NCBI GenBank assembly: GCA_036657515.1
Contig: JAVXGI010000003.1
Location: 45-64,044 of the forward strand
Source of the DNA: Bacilli bacterium
GTDB lineage: Bacteria > Bacillota_I > Bacilli_A > RFN20 > CAG-826
Length of the DNA stretch: 64,000 bases
Reading direction: 5' to 3'
Shown: in pieces, positions 8,772-18,911 of the stretch
Layout of the letters: the number at the start of each line of letters is the position of its first letter
How positions within the stretch are numbered: the first letter of the stretch is position 1
Position numbers and translations under genes: made by a program
The notes under the pieces: model-generated
Told to the model about the DNA's origin: nothing
The model's database searches: none
What the model saw: only the letters and a program-made list of their open reading frames with translations

Positions 8772-9011
8772 TTACCTTTTTGTTTGTTTATATATTTTAA
8801 TAATAACAATTATAATTCCGATTAAACTAGATATAGATAAAATTGTTAAGATGATTACTGTTATTATTGCATCAGGTAGTCTCATAAAAGAATTCATAGG
8901 TGAAAAAGTAACAACGTAATGAATCATCGGAACAAGACAAAAGGTTGATAGTGCAAAAAGAATTATCAAGAGTACTAAGAGGGTTATTTTTAAACCAAGT
9001 TTCTTTTTCAT
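8772..9011 (-). CDS. small two-TM membrane protein
   Basis: 79 aa, almost entirely hydrophobic. Start overlaps the stop of the upstream gene. Confidence 0.45.
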   Translation of the reverse strand: MKKKLGLKITLLVLLIILFALSTFCLVPMIHYVVTFSPMNSFMRLPDAIITVIILTILSISSLIGIIIVIIKIYKQTKR

Positions 9012-9493
9012 TTTGTACTTTCCTTATATATTTTTGAGTAGGAAATTAATTCGGGCATCTTATTAAAAGCTGAGAATAAATCTCCATTATTTAACAAACC
9101 TTTTTCATAAGATTCAAGTGGAGTATAAAAAATATCGTCATCAAATTTATATAACAAAAATTTAATTTTATATTTAAAAGAATAAGTAAAAGTAGCGAAT
9201 TCTAAATTCCAATTCTTAGTAGTTTTATCAATTTCCCACGCTACAAAAAAACAGGTATCTTTATCTTCGGATTGAATTCTTGAAATAAATTTTGAATACT
9301 CTGTATCTTCAACTTCGGCTTTTGGGTTGGTTGGAAGAATATACTTATTATAATAAGATCTTAACATTGTAAAATTCTCAAAAACAGATGGCGTTACATC
9401 ATCGATTGGTTTAAATATTATAGGTCCACATGATGAAAGTGACAAAGTAATTGCAAATAAAATATAAAATTTTATTTTAAAAGGATTTTTCAT
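9008..9493 (-). CDS. putative lipoprotein
   Basis: 161 aa with signal peptide and LSSCGP lipobox. Confidence 0.5.
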   Translation of the reverse strand: MKNPFKIKFYILFAITLSLSSCGPIIFKPIDDVTPSVFENFTMLRSYYNKYILPTNPKAEVEDTEYSKFISRIQSEDKDTCFFVAWEIDKTTKNWNLEFATFTYSFKYKIKFLLYKFDDDIFYTPLESYEKGLLNNGDLFSAFNKMPELISYSKIYKESTK

Positions 9494-9671
9494 AAGTAGA
9501 TACCTCTAATAAAATTATAGGCTTAACTTATTTATTTGACAACTGAATAGGCATTAAACCAATAATATTATTCTTCAAAAGAGAGACTATCACTATTTAA
9601 TAATTTATCTTATTATTTGTTATTCTAATTATGTATTTTTTATTTAGTGGTTGATATATAATAAATAAGAT

Positions 9672-10556
9672 ATGAAAGGCCTATTACTTACTAATGCATT
9701 TGCTATAAATGAACATATAGAATTTCAAAGTAACTCATTTATTAAAGAGTTTAATCTTTTAGGTGTGGATCTTATTCATAAGACTAATAGTGAGTTATTA
9801 GTATATATAAATAATGATGGAGATATTGCTAAAAGATTTAACGAATACGATTTTATCTTGTATTTTGACAAAGATAAATACATTGGTAAAATGCTTGAAA
9901 AAGTCGGTTGTTCACTAATTAATTCTAGTTCTAGTGTTGAAGCGTGTGATGATAAGATGCTTACTCATATATTACTTGCTAATAACGGTATAAAGATGCC
10001 TAGAACTATCTCTTATCCATTATGTTACGAGTACCACAATAATATAGAGCCCGTTATAGCAAGTGTCTTAAAAGCCTTTAATTTTCCTTTTATCATTAAA
10101 GAAAACTTTGGTTCACTTGGTAAACAAGTATATCTTGTTAAAAATAAAGAAGAATTAATGTTATTAGAAAATAAGTTACGTTATGTTCCACATTTATATC
10201 AAGAATTTATCAGTGAATCAATTGGAGTTGATTATCGATTAATATTAATTGGAAACAAAGTAGTATCTGCAATGAAAAGAAGCAATGATAGTAATTTTGT
10301 TGCAAATATTGGATCTGGAGGTAAAGGAGAAACCTATATTCCTGATACAAGAATGAAAGAGATTGCTATTAAAGCTTCTAAAATATTAGGATTAGATTAC
10401 TGTGGAATTGATTTTGTTATCAATAGTCTTGGGGAACCAGTCTTATTAGAAGTAAATTCAAATGCTTTCTTTAAAGAAATAGATAAAATAAATAATATTA
10501 ATATACCAGAGATTTTTGCTAAATACGTAATTGAAAAAGTCAAAAATATAGATTAA
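9672..10556 (+). CDS. ATP-grasp family ligase (RimK / glutathione-synthetase-like)
   Basis: 294 aa. ATP-grasp signature region (GSLGKQVYLV, DYRLILIGNKVVSAMKR, LEVNSNAFF). Followed by a terminator hairpin. Confidence 0.6.
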   Translation: MKGLLLTNAFAINEHIEFQSNSFIKEFNLLGVDLIHKTNSELLVYINNDGDIAKRFNEYDFILYFDKDKYIGKMLEKVGCSLINSSSSVEACDDKMLTHILLANNGIKMPRTISYPLCYEYHNNIEPVIASVLKAFNFPFIIKENFGSLGKQVYLVKNKEELMLLENKLRYVPHLYQEFISESIGVDYRLILIGNKVVSAMKRSNDSNFVANIGSGGKGETYIPDTRMKEIAIKASKILGLDYCGIDFVINSLGEPVLLEVNSNAFFKEIDKINNINIPEIFAKYVIEKVKNID

Positions 10557-10713
10557 TTGGTATTTTTTACCGATTAATCTATATTTTTTATTGATAAAGT
10601 CGTTGTAACGAAAAATTGTTTCAAATTTTTACTTTTTTTGTTGAAAATCTTTTTTAGTTATTATATAATTTAATCGGTATTAAGATACCGAATAACTTGA
10701 AAGGACAAAGATA

Positions 10714-11355
10714 ATGGAAAAGAAAGATTTACTATCTCATAACTGTATAACAAGACTTCCTTTATACCTTAATTATCTTAAATCACTTGATTATGATGAT
10801 CTTACATTAGTATCAACCCAAAGTATTGCTACTGGATTGAATATTAATGCCGAAGTGGTTAAAAAAGATATTGCGGCTATTTCTTCTGAGAAAGGAATGC
10901 CAAGAAAAGGTAGAAGTGTAGTTTTATTAGTTAAAGATCTAGAAAAATTTCTAGGAGCAGGCTGTCAAATTAATGCTGTATTAATAGGAACAGGACATCT
11001 TGGAAAAGCACTTCTAAATTATGATGGATTTAGTGAATATGGATTAAACATTATTGCAGCTTTCGATTCTGATCCGCGATGTCGAGAAATAGATGTCTGT
11101 GGTATTAATGTCTACTCAATGAGTTTATTAGACAATATTATCAAAGACAAACATGCGGAAATCGGAATTATTACAGTTCCAAGCCACGCTGCACAAAGCG
11201 TAGCGGAAAAACTGGTACAAGCTGGAATAAAAGCAATATGGAATTTTGCTCCAATTAATCTTAATCTTGATCCTAGTATTATTGTCGCTAATGTTAATAT
11301 GGCAAGTTCACTTGCAGTATTATCACATCAACTTTATCTTAATAATCTGAAATAA
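10714..11355 (+). CDS. rex: redox-sensing transcriptional repressor Rex
   Basis: 213 aa. N-terminal winged-helix (RLPLYLNYL) and Rossmann GTGHLG motif. Sits immediately upstream of adhE, the classic Rex target. Confidence 0.8.
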   Translation: MEKKDLLSHNCITRLPLYLNYLKSLDYDDLTLVSTQSIATGLNINAEVVKKDIAAISSEKGMPRKGRSVVLLVKDLEKFLGAGCQINAVLIGTGHLGKALLNYDGFSEYGLNIIAAFDSDPRCREIDVCGINVYSMSLLDNIIKDKHAEIGIITVPSHAAQSVAEKLVQAGIKAIWNFAPINLNLDPSIIVANVNMASSLAVLSHQLYLNNLK

Positions 11356-11372
11356 AAAGGAGAACATTAAAT

Positions 11373-14012
11373 ATGTCCGAAAAAAAGAATGAATCAGTTC
11401 AAACACCAAACGAAGAGACAGTAAAAACTATTAACACACTTGTTGAAAATGGATTAAACGCTCTTGAAGAATATAGCGAACTTAATCAAGAACAAATTGA
11501 CTTCATCGTTGCAAAATGTAGCGTTGCTGCATTAGATAAACATGGAGTTCTTGCTAAAGCTGCAGTAGATGAAACAGGACGTGGCGTATTTGAAGATAAA
11601 GCAACTAAAAACTTATTTGCTTGTGAATACGTTGTTAATTACATGAGACATATCAAAACAGTTGGGATTATCGATGATAATCCTGTAACTGGAATAGTCG
11701 AGATCGCAGATCCAGTCGGTGTTGTATGTGGAATTACTCCAGTTACAAATCCTACTTCAACTGTTATTTTTAAAGCATTAATTTGTATTAAAACTAGAAA
11801 TCCTATTATTTTTGCTTTCCATCCTAATGCTCAACAATGTTCTAAAATGGCTGCTCAAGTAATGCTTGATGCTGCTATTGCAGCAGGAGCACCAAAGAAT
11901 TGTATTCAATGGGTTGAAAAACCATCAATGGAAGCAACATCTTTATTAATGAATCATCCAGGAGTTGCAACAATTCTTGCTACCGGCGGCAACGCCATGG
12001 TTAAAGCAGCTTATAGTTGTGGAAAACCTGCACTTGGCGTTGGAGCCGGAAATGTTCCTACTTATATTGAAAAATCAGCTGATGTTAAACAAGCATGTAA
12101 CGATATTGTTATGTCAAAAGCCTTTGACAACGGAATGGTTTGTGCCTCAGAACAAGCAGCAGTTATAGATAAGGAAATATATAAAGAGTGTATTTCTCAA
12201 TTTAAACTTTATGGAGTTTATTTTGTTAACGCTGAAGAAAAAGCTAAATTAGAGAAATTTATGTTTGGTTATGTTGCATTTGAAGCAGGAGTTCACGCTG
12301 GAACAGTTAATGCTAATGTTGTTGGTAAAAAAGCATCATGGATTGCTGAACAAGCCGGATTTGAAGTCCCAGAAAATACAATTATTTTAGCTGCTGAAGT
12401 TAAAGAAATTGGACTTAACGAACCATTAACAAGAGAAAAATTATCACCAGTTTTAGCAATTATTAAATCCAATTCAACTGAAGAAGGAATGAAATATTCT
12501 GAACAAATGGTTGAACTTAATGGACTTGGACATAGTGGAGCAATCCATACTGCCTCAAAAGAACTTGCTGAAGAATATGGTTTAAGAGTAAAAGCTTGTA
12601 GAATTATTTGGAATTCACCAACAACATTTGGTGGTATTGGAAATATTTATAACTCATTTGCTCCTTCTATGACACTTGGATGTGGATCATATGGTCATAA
12701 CTCAGTATCAGGAAATGTAAGCGTATATAATTTAATGAACATTAAAAGAATTGGTAAAAGGAGAAATACAATGCAATGGTTTAAGGTTCCATCAAAAATT
12801 TACTTTGAAAGAAATTCAATTGAATATTTAAGAACATGTAGAGATGTTGAAAAAGTATTTATCGTAACAGATAGAATGATGGTTGATCTTGGATTCGTTA
12901 ATAAGATTACAGATCAATTAAACTTAAGAAGAAATGCTGTAAAAATACAGTTGTTCTGTGACGTTGAACCAGATCCTGATATATCAACAGTTAGACGTGG
13001 CGTTCAATTAATGGAATCATTTAGACCAGATACTATTATTGCTTTAGGTGGAGGATCCGCCATGGATGCTGCTAAAGGAATGTGGTTATTCTACGAACAT
13101 CCAGAAGTTAACTTTGATGACTTAAAACAAAAATTCATGGATATTCGTAAAAGAGCATTTAAATATCCAGAATTAGGAAGAAAATCTAAATTAATTTGTA
13201 TTCCAACTACCTCTGGTACTGGAAGTGAGGTTACGCCATTTGCTGTTATCTCCGATAAAGCAAATTGCAAAAAATATCCTTTAACTGATTATAGTCTTAC
13301 TCCAACTGTTGCTATTGTTGATCCAGAATTTACAACTAATCTTCCTGCAAAAGTAACAGCTGATACCGGAATGGATGTTCTTACTCACGCAATTGAAGCT
13401 TATACTTCAGTTCTTGCAAGTGACTTTACTGATGGACTTGCACTTGAATCAATTAAATTAGTCTTTAAATTCCTTGGTCGTTCTTATAAAAACGGAGCTA
13501 ATGATCCAGAAGCAAGAGAAAAAATGCACAATGCTGCAACTATTGCAGGAATGGCATTTGCTAACGCTTTCTTAGGAATGTGCCATGCTATGGCACATAA
13601 GTTAGGTGCTCAATTACACTTACCTCATGGCTTATTAAACGCTATTTTATTACCTTACGTAATTAGATATAATGGACAAATCATACCAGGAAAGGTAAGT
13701 GTCTGGCCAAAATATAATCATTATGAAGCATCTGAAAAATTTGCTGAAATCTGCCGTGTTGTTGGTATTCCTTATAAGTCTCTTGCTGATGCTCCAATTG
13801 CTTTAGCAGATGCTGTTACTAAACTTGGAGAAGAAGTCGGATTAACAATGCACTTTGATGCATATTATCCAGATGAAGCAGATTATATGAAAAATATTGA
13901 ACAAGTCGCTTATCTTGCTTATGAAGATCAATGCACACCTGCTAACCCACGTGTTCCAATGGTTGAAGACATGATTAAGATTATGAAAGACGCATATCAC
14001 GGTAACAAATAA
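11373..14012 (+). CDS. adhE: bifunctional acetaldehyde-CoA / alcohol dehydrogenase
   Basis: 879 aa. N-terminal ALDH domain and C-terminal Fe-ADH domain (GGGSAMDAAK, histidine cluster HAMAHKLG). Confidence 0.92.
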   Translation: MSEKKNESVQTPNEETVKTINTLVENGLNALEEYSELNQEQIDFIVAKCSVAALDKHGVLAKAAVDETGRGVFEDKATKNLFACEYVVNYMRHIKTVGIIDDNPVTGIVEIADPVGVVCGITPVTNPTSTVIFKALICIKTRNPIIFAFHPNAQQCSKMAAQVMLDAAIAAGAPKNCIQWVEKPSMEATSLLMNHPGVATILATGGNAMVKAAYSCGKPALGVGAGNVPTYIEKSADVKQACNDIVMSKAFDNGMVCASEQAAVIDKEIYKECISQFKLYGVYFVNAEEKAKLEKFMFGYVAFEAGVHAGTVNANVVGKKASWIAEQAGFEVPENTIILAAEVKEIGLNEPLTREKLSPVLAIIKSNSTEEGMKYSEQMVELNGLGHSGAIHTASKELAEEYGLRVKACRIIWNSPTTFGGIGNIYNSFAPSMTLGCGSYGHNSVSGNVSVYNLMNIKRIGKRRNTMQWFKVPSKIYFERNSIEYLRTCRDVEKVFIVTDRMMVDLGFVNKITDQLNLRRNAVKIQLFCDVEPDPDISTVRRGVQLMESFRPDTIIALGGGSAMDAAKGMWLFYEHPEVNFDDLKQKFMDIRKRAFKYPELGRKSKLICIPTTSGTGSEVTPFAVISDKANCKKYPLTDYSLTPTVAIVDPEFTTNLPAKVTADTGMDVLTHAIEAYTSVLASDFTDGLALESIKLVFKFLGRSYKNGANDPEAREKMHNAATIAGMAFANAFLGMCHAMAHKLGAQLHLPHGLLNAILLPYVIRYNGQIIPGKVSVWPKYNHYEASEKFAEICRVVGIPYKSLADAPIALADAVTKLGEEVGLTMHFDAYYPDEADYMKNIEQVAYLAYEDQCTPANPRVPMVEDMIKIMKDAYHGNK

Positions 14013-14027
14013 ACAAAAGGAGAAATT

Positions 14028-14279
14028 ATGGAAATATACATTTGTGTTGGTTCATCTTGCCACTTAAAGGGAAGCCATGAAATTATCGATTTATTAAAAG
14101 AACATTTAGAAAAAGACAATTTAACTGAAAAAGTAACTTTAAGAGGTACATTTTGCTTAGGCAAATGTACCTCCGAAGGAGTTAATGTTAAAGTTAACGA
14201 CGAGGTTATTACTGGAATCAAAAAAGAGAACTTTGAACAGTTCTATAATGAAAAAATTTTGTCACAAATAAATCAATAA
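14028..14279 (+). CDS. thioredoxin-like [2Fe-2S] ferredoxin (HfsA/HydX-like small subunit)
   Basis: 83 aa with four Cys in a Cx4C...Cx3C pattern (CVGSSCH ... CLGKC). Confidence 0.65.
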   Translation: MEIYICVGSSCHLKGSHEIIDLLKEHLEKDNLTEKVTLRGTFCLGKCTSEGVNVKVNDEVITGIKKENFEQFYNEKILSQINQ

Positions 14280-14321
14280 CGCTGCAAAACTTCATTATTT
14301 TTGCATAATAGGAAGGTATTT

Positions 14322-16001
14322 ATGGAAAACATTTTAGGACTAAAAAAGTCGAATTGTAAGAATTGTTATAAGTGTATTAGACACTGTCCTGTTAAATCTA
14401 TTAGATTTGAGGAAAATCAAGCTCATATTATTAAGGATGAATGCATTCTTTGTGGTATGTGTTTTGCAATTTGTCCACAAGATGCCAAAGCTATTAGAAA
14501 TGATGTCGGATTAGTTCGCAAAGCTATTGCTGAGGGAAAAAAAGTTATCGCAACTTTAGCTCCATCATTTGTAGCAAACTACGAAAATAGTAATCTTACC
14601 TCAATTACTTCTACATTAAAAAGCTTAGGTTTTGCTGATGTTGTTGAAACATCAGTTGGAGCTAAAGTTGTTAAAGATAAATATGATGAATTAGTTAATT
14701 CTAATGAGCATGATATTTTGATTTCAACGTGCTGCCATAGTGTTATCCTTCTTATTGAAAAATATTATCCAGAATTAGTGAAATATTTAGCAGAAGTAAA
14801 ATCTCCAATGCAAGTATCAGGAGATTTAATTGCAAAAGAAAATCCTGATGCTTTTATTGTTTTTATTGGACCATGTATTTCTAAAAAAGATGAGATTGAA
14901 AAAGTTAAAACTAACATAGATGTAGTTCTAACTTTTGAAGAACTTGATTCATGGTTTAAAGAAGATAATATTAAGTTAGCAGAGATTTCTGAAGATAAAT
15001 TAGAAAGATCAAAAACAAGATTATTTCCAACGACGGGTGGAATTCTTAAAACAATGGCTTGTAATAATAGCGAATTTACATATATGGCAATCGATGGAAT
15101 GGAAAACTGCATGAAGGCACTAGATGACATTACACATAATCTACTTCATAATGTTTTCATTGAAATGTCATCTTGTGCCGGAAGCTGTATTAATGGACCA
15201 TCAATTATTAAGGAACACCAAGCTCCAATTAAAGATTTTATTAGAATATCAAAATATGCAGGTTCTGCAGACTATTTGATAGATAAAGATGCAGTTGAGA
15301 CGAAAAAAGAATTTAAATATCTAGGAACACATAAATCTATTCCTAGTGAAAAAGATATTGAAGATATTTTACAAAGAATGGGTAAAATTACAAAAGAGAA
15401 AGAATTAAATTGTGGATCTTGTGGATATCCAACATGTAGAGATAAGGCTGTAGCTATATTTCAAGGCAAAGCTATGATTGAAATGTGTTTACCATTTTTA
15501 CAAGAAAAAGCTCAATCTTTCTCTGATAACATTATTAAGATTACTCCAAACGGAATTTTAGTATTAAATGAAAAACTTCATATTGAGTTAGCAAATAAAG
15601 CCATGTGTGATATTTTTTGTGTAAGTTCACAACAACGTTTAGTTGGTAAAGATATAAGTGAATTTATAAATCCTGGTTTATTTGCAACTGTTTTAAATGA
15701 AAAAAGACAAATAAAAGCAAGAAAGATGCATTTAGATAGACAAAATAAATATGTTGAAATGAGTGTAAGTTATGATGAAGATCATCATATTATTATCTTA
15801 TTAGTAAGAGATATTACTGAAGAAACTAATGAAAAAACTGAAAAAGATTTAATGATTCAAAGAACAATTGAGATTACTAATAATGTTGTACAAAAACAAA
15901 TGACAGCAGTTCAAGAAATTGCTTCTTTATTAGGAGAATCTACTGCTGAGACGAAAGTTGCTTTAATTAATTTAAAGGACTCACTTGAAAATGGCAAATA
16001 A
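14322..16001 (+). CDS. sensory [FeFe]-hydrogenase-like protein with C-terminal PAS domain (HydS/HfsB-like)
   Basis: Two 4Fe-4S ferredoxin motifs (CKNCYKCIRHCP, CILCGMCFAICP). H-cluster domain with degenerate L1 (TCCHS) and conserved L2/L3 (GPCISKK, EMSSCAGSCINGPS). A further Cys cluster, then a PAS-like region. Start chosen at ATG 14322 (RBS AGGAAGG); the ORF track uses an upstream TTG. Confidence 0.75.
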   Translation: MENILGLKKSNCKNCYKCIRHCPVKSIRFEENQAHIIKDECILCGMCFAICPQDAKAIRNDVGLVRKAIAEGKKVIATLAPSFVANYENSNLTSITSTLKSLGFADVVETSVGAKVVKDKYDELVNSNEHDILISTCCHSVILLIEKYYPELVKYLAEVKSPMQVSGDLIAKENPDAFIVFIGPCISKKDEIEKVKTNIDVVLTFEELDSWFKEDNIKLAEISEDKLERSKTRLFPTTGGILKTMACNNSEFTYMAIDGMENCMKALDDITHNLLHNVFIEMSSCAGSCINGPSIIKEHQAPIKDFIRISKYAGSADYLIDKDAVETKKEFKYLGTHKSIPSEKDIEDILQRMGKITKEKELNCGSCGYPTCRDKAVAIFQGKAMIEMCLPFLQEKAQSFSDNIIKITPNGILVLNEKLHIELANKAMCDIFCVSSQQRLVGKDISEFINPGLFATVLNEKRQIKARKMHLDRQNKYVEMSVSYDEDHHIIILLVRDITEETNEKTEKDLMIQRTIEITNNVVQKQMTAVQEIASLLGESTAETKVALINLKDSLENGK

Positions 16002-17172
16002 TATTACATATGATGTTGGTTATAAATCAATAAATCATTATGGTGAAGAACTTTGTGGAGATCATGTTGAAAGAGTATCAGATTTTAAACATGGTACTTT
16101 TGCTGTTGTTTTAGCAGATGGATTAGGATCCGGAGTTAAAGCTAATATTCTTTCAATTTTAACTTCTAAAATCATTTCAACTATGATGGCAAATGGAGCA
16201 TATATTGAAGATTGTGTTGCAACAATTGCTTCTACTCTTCCAGTATGTAAACTTAGAGGAGTAGCTTATTCAACCTTCTCAATTGCTAAAGTTATTAAAA
16301 ATAATGTTATTGAAATATATGAATATGATAATCCTCACTTTGTAATGTTACGTAATGGAGTTTTATTTGAACCAGTTTGTGAAACATTAACAATTGAAGG
16401 AAAATTAATTACAAAATCTACTATTAATGTTGAAGAAAATGATACTCTTATTTTCTTTAGCGATGGTGCGGTGCATGCTGGAATTGGTGCAGAACTAAAT
16501 TTTGGTCGGGAACGTAATGAAATCGCAGAGTTTATGCAAAATATGTACGATCACTCTTATTCTGCAAAAACTTTATGTACAATATTAAGTGATAAATGTA
16601 ACCAATTATACGAAGAAAAACCAGGAGATGATACAACGGTTTTAGTTATTAAAGCTCGTAAGAAAAATGATGTAAATCTTGTATTTGGTCCACCTCGAAA
16701 CGCAGAAGATGATGCTAAAATGTGTGAAGCATTCTTTACTTCACCAGGAAAACACATTGTTTCCGGCGGCACAACCTGCAATATTATCTCAAGATATCTC
16801 CAAAAACCTATTTCGGCAGAACTAGATATGTATGTTAAAAATGATATTCCACCGATGGCTAAAATTGAAGGTTGTGATTTAGTTACGGAAGGAGTTATTA
16901 CTTTATCAAAAGTAGTCGAATATGCTTCTTCATTCTTATATAATAATGAGAAGTTTTATGATTGGCTTTATGATAATGATGGAGCAAGTCTTATTACAAG
17001 ATGTTTACTTGAAGAAGCAACAGATATTTCTTTCTTTGTAGGAACAGCAATAAATCCTGCTCATCAAAATCCTAATCTTCCTATTTCATTTAATATAAAG
17101 ATGCGTATTATAGAAGAGTTAGCATCTAAACTTAGAGAAATTGGTAAACGAGTTACTATTAATTATTTTTAA
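15991..17172 (+). CDS. PP2C-family Ser/Thr phosphatase (SpoIIE/RsbU-like; HfsC-like)
   Basis: Metal-binding PP2C motifs (CGDHVE, VLADGLGSGVKA, FFSDGAVHAG). Overlaps the hydrogenase-like gene by a few codons. Confidence 0.7.
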   Translation: MANNITYDVGYKSINHYGEELCGDHVERVSDFKHGTFAVVLADGLGSGVKANILSILTSKIISTMMANGAYIEDCVATIASTLPVCKLRGVAYSTFSIAKVIKNNVIEIYEYDNPHFVMLRNGVLFEPVCETLTIEGKLITKSTINVEENDTLIFFSDGAVHAGIGAELNFGRERNEIAEFMQNMYDHSYSAKTLCTILSDKCNQLYEEKPGDDTTVLVIKARKKNDVNLVFGPPRNAEDDAKMCEAFFTSPGKHIVSGGTTCNIISRYLQKPISAELDMYVKNDIPPMAKIEGCDLVTEGVITLSKVVEYASSFLYNNEKFYDWLYDNDGASLITRCLLEEATDISFFVGTAINPAHQNPNLPISFNIKMRIIEELASKLREIGKRVTINYF

Positions 17173-17187
17173 AAAGGAAGGTAAATT

Positions 17188-18627
17188 ATGTATAAATTTG
17201 ATACCAAAGTACAAGAACTTAAATATAGAGTCTTAAAAGAAGTAGCAAAACTTGCTTATGAAGATAAGTTAGTAGAAAAAATGAATGAAATACCAAAAAT
17301 TATTGTTCCAGGTCCAAAACCAACAATGAGATGTTGTATTTATAAAGAAAGAGCAATTGCTGCGGATCGAGTTGCTTTAGCAGTAAAAAAACCAAAAGAA
17401 AGTGAAAATGTAATTCATGTTATTTCGATTGCTTGCGAAGACTGTCCTTTAGGAGGATATTTTGTCGGTGACGCATGTCGTGGATGCATCGCACATAGAT
17501 GTGAAACAGTTTGTTTTAAAAAAGCAATCTATTTTGATGAAGTAACGCGTCACGCTCATATTGATAAAACTAAATGTGTAAATTGTGGATTATGTGCAAA
17601 GAATTGCCCATATAACGCTATTACTAATAGAGTTAGACCGTGTGAGGCAGCTTGTCCCGTAAAGGCTATATCTCCAGATATAAATGGAGCAGCAGTTATT
17701 AATGATGATAAATGTGTTCAATGTGGTAAATGTGTATATATGTGTCCATTTGGTGCAATTAATGATGAATCATATATTACTGAAGTAATAAAATACTTTA
17801 AAGAGAGTGAAAACAATACTAAATATAAAGTTTATGCAATCGTTGCTCCTTCTATTTCATCACAGTTTTATTATGCTAAATTAGGGCAAGTAATTTCAGG
17901 ATTGAAATTACTTGGATTTCATACAGTAGTAGAAGCTGCACTTGGAGCAGATATGGTTGCGTATAAAGAAGCTAAAGAATTAGAAGAAAAAGGAATATTA
18001 ACTTCTTCTTGCTGTCCTGCTTTTGTTTCCTATATTAAAAAGATGTATCCTAGTTTAGTAGGTAATATATCTAGTAATCTTTCTCCAATGGCTGAGATAT
18101 CTCGCTATGTAAAATCAGTTGATCCAACTAGTAAAGTAGTATTTATTGGACCATGTACGGCAAAGAAACAAGAAATAAAAGATGAGAAAGTAGGAGAATA
18201 TGTTGATGCTACCCTTACTTTTGAAGAAGTCCAAGCTCTTTTTGATGCTAAAGACTTAGATATTAGTTCTTTAAAGTTAGATTTACTTGATAACGCTTCT
18301 TATTTTGGGCGAATATTTGCAAGAACTGGTGGATTAAGTGATTCAGTTGTTGAAGCACTTAAAGAACAAGGATCAGACTTTGAAGTTAAACCTGTAGTTT
18401 GCAGTGGAATTGATGAATGTAAGTTAGCTCTTAATAAGTTTAAAGCTGGAAAACTAGATGGTAACTTTATTGAAGGAATGGCTTGTAATGGTGGCTGTAT
18501 TGGGGGACCATGCTGCTTAACTCATGAAGTAAGAGATAAATCCGAAGTAGATAAATACGGTCATGAAGCACTAGAAAAAACCATTGAAAGTGCCATTAGT
18601 GCTGTTGAAGATATAGATAAAAAATAA
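17188..18627 (+). CDS. [FeFe] hydrogenase catalytic subunit (HydA/HfsD-like)
   Basis: Multiple 4Fe-4S motifs, plus canonical H-cluster motifs L1 TSSCCPAF, L2 FIGPCTAKK and L3 EGMACNGGCIGGPC. Confidence 0.8.
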   Translation: MYKFDTKVQELKYRVLKEVAKLAYEDKLVEKMNEIPKIIVPGPKPTMRCCIYKERAIAADRVALAVKKPKESENVIHVISIACEDCPLGGYFVGDACRGCIAHRCETVCFKKAIYFDEVTRHAHIDKTKCVNCGLCAKNCPYNAITNRVRPCEAACPVKAISPDINGAAVINDDKCVQCGKCVYMCPFGAINDESYITEVIKYFKESENNTKYKVYAIVAPSISSQFYYAKLGQVISGLKLLGFHTVVEAALGADMVAYKEAKELEEKGILTSSCCPAFVSYIKKMYPSLVGNISSNLSPMAEISRYVKSVDPTSKVVFIGPCTAKKQEIKDEKVGEYVDATLTFEEVQALFDAKDLDISSLKLDLLDNASYFGRIFARTGGLSDSVVEALKEQGSDFEVKPVVCSGIDECKLALNKFKAGKLDGNFIEGMACNGGCIGGPCCLTHEVRDKSEVDKYGHEALEKTIESAISAVEDIDKK

Positions 18628-18687
18628 TAGTTAAATTAAATAAAAGCGATTAGAAATATATAAATTGTTTCTTCTGCAAAAAAAATA

Positions 18688-18727
18688 AAAATTAGTTTTT
18701 CTTAGCAAAAACTAATTTTTTTCCTTT
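18688..18727 (+). terminator. rho-independent terminator after hydrogenase operon
   Basis: Hairpin AATTAGTTTTT-CTTAGC-AAAAACTAATT followed by a T-run. Confidence 0.6.
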
Positions 18728-18911
18728 TTTGCTCTAAAATGAGGAAAATCAAGGAAAATTCAGGACTTAATTCAAAGTTTTTGAATGAGATTGAGTTTTT
18801 TTTATTAAAATTTATAGTTATTTTGATATAAATATTGATAAATGACAAGAAATTCAAAAGACATTGAGTTTTTTTTATAATGTTTTATAATATAGAAAAG
18901 GAGCTAAAATT

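Noticed and set aside
10557-11372. Rex operator (TTGTGAA-N4-TTCACAA) upstream of rex or adhE
   Set aside because: Only weak half-site-like matches (TTGTTTCAAA) were visible. I cannot support a call without a position-weight-matrix scan.
11965-16781. Internal or antisense ORFs within adhE and the hydrogenase genes (11965-12168, 13997-14221, 14765-15130, 16557-16781)
   Set aside because: They overlap strongly conserved coding regions on the other frame or strand and have no start signals.
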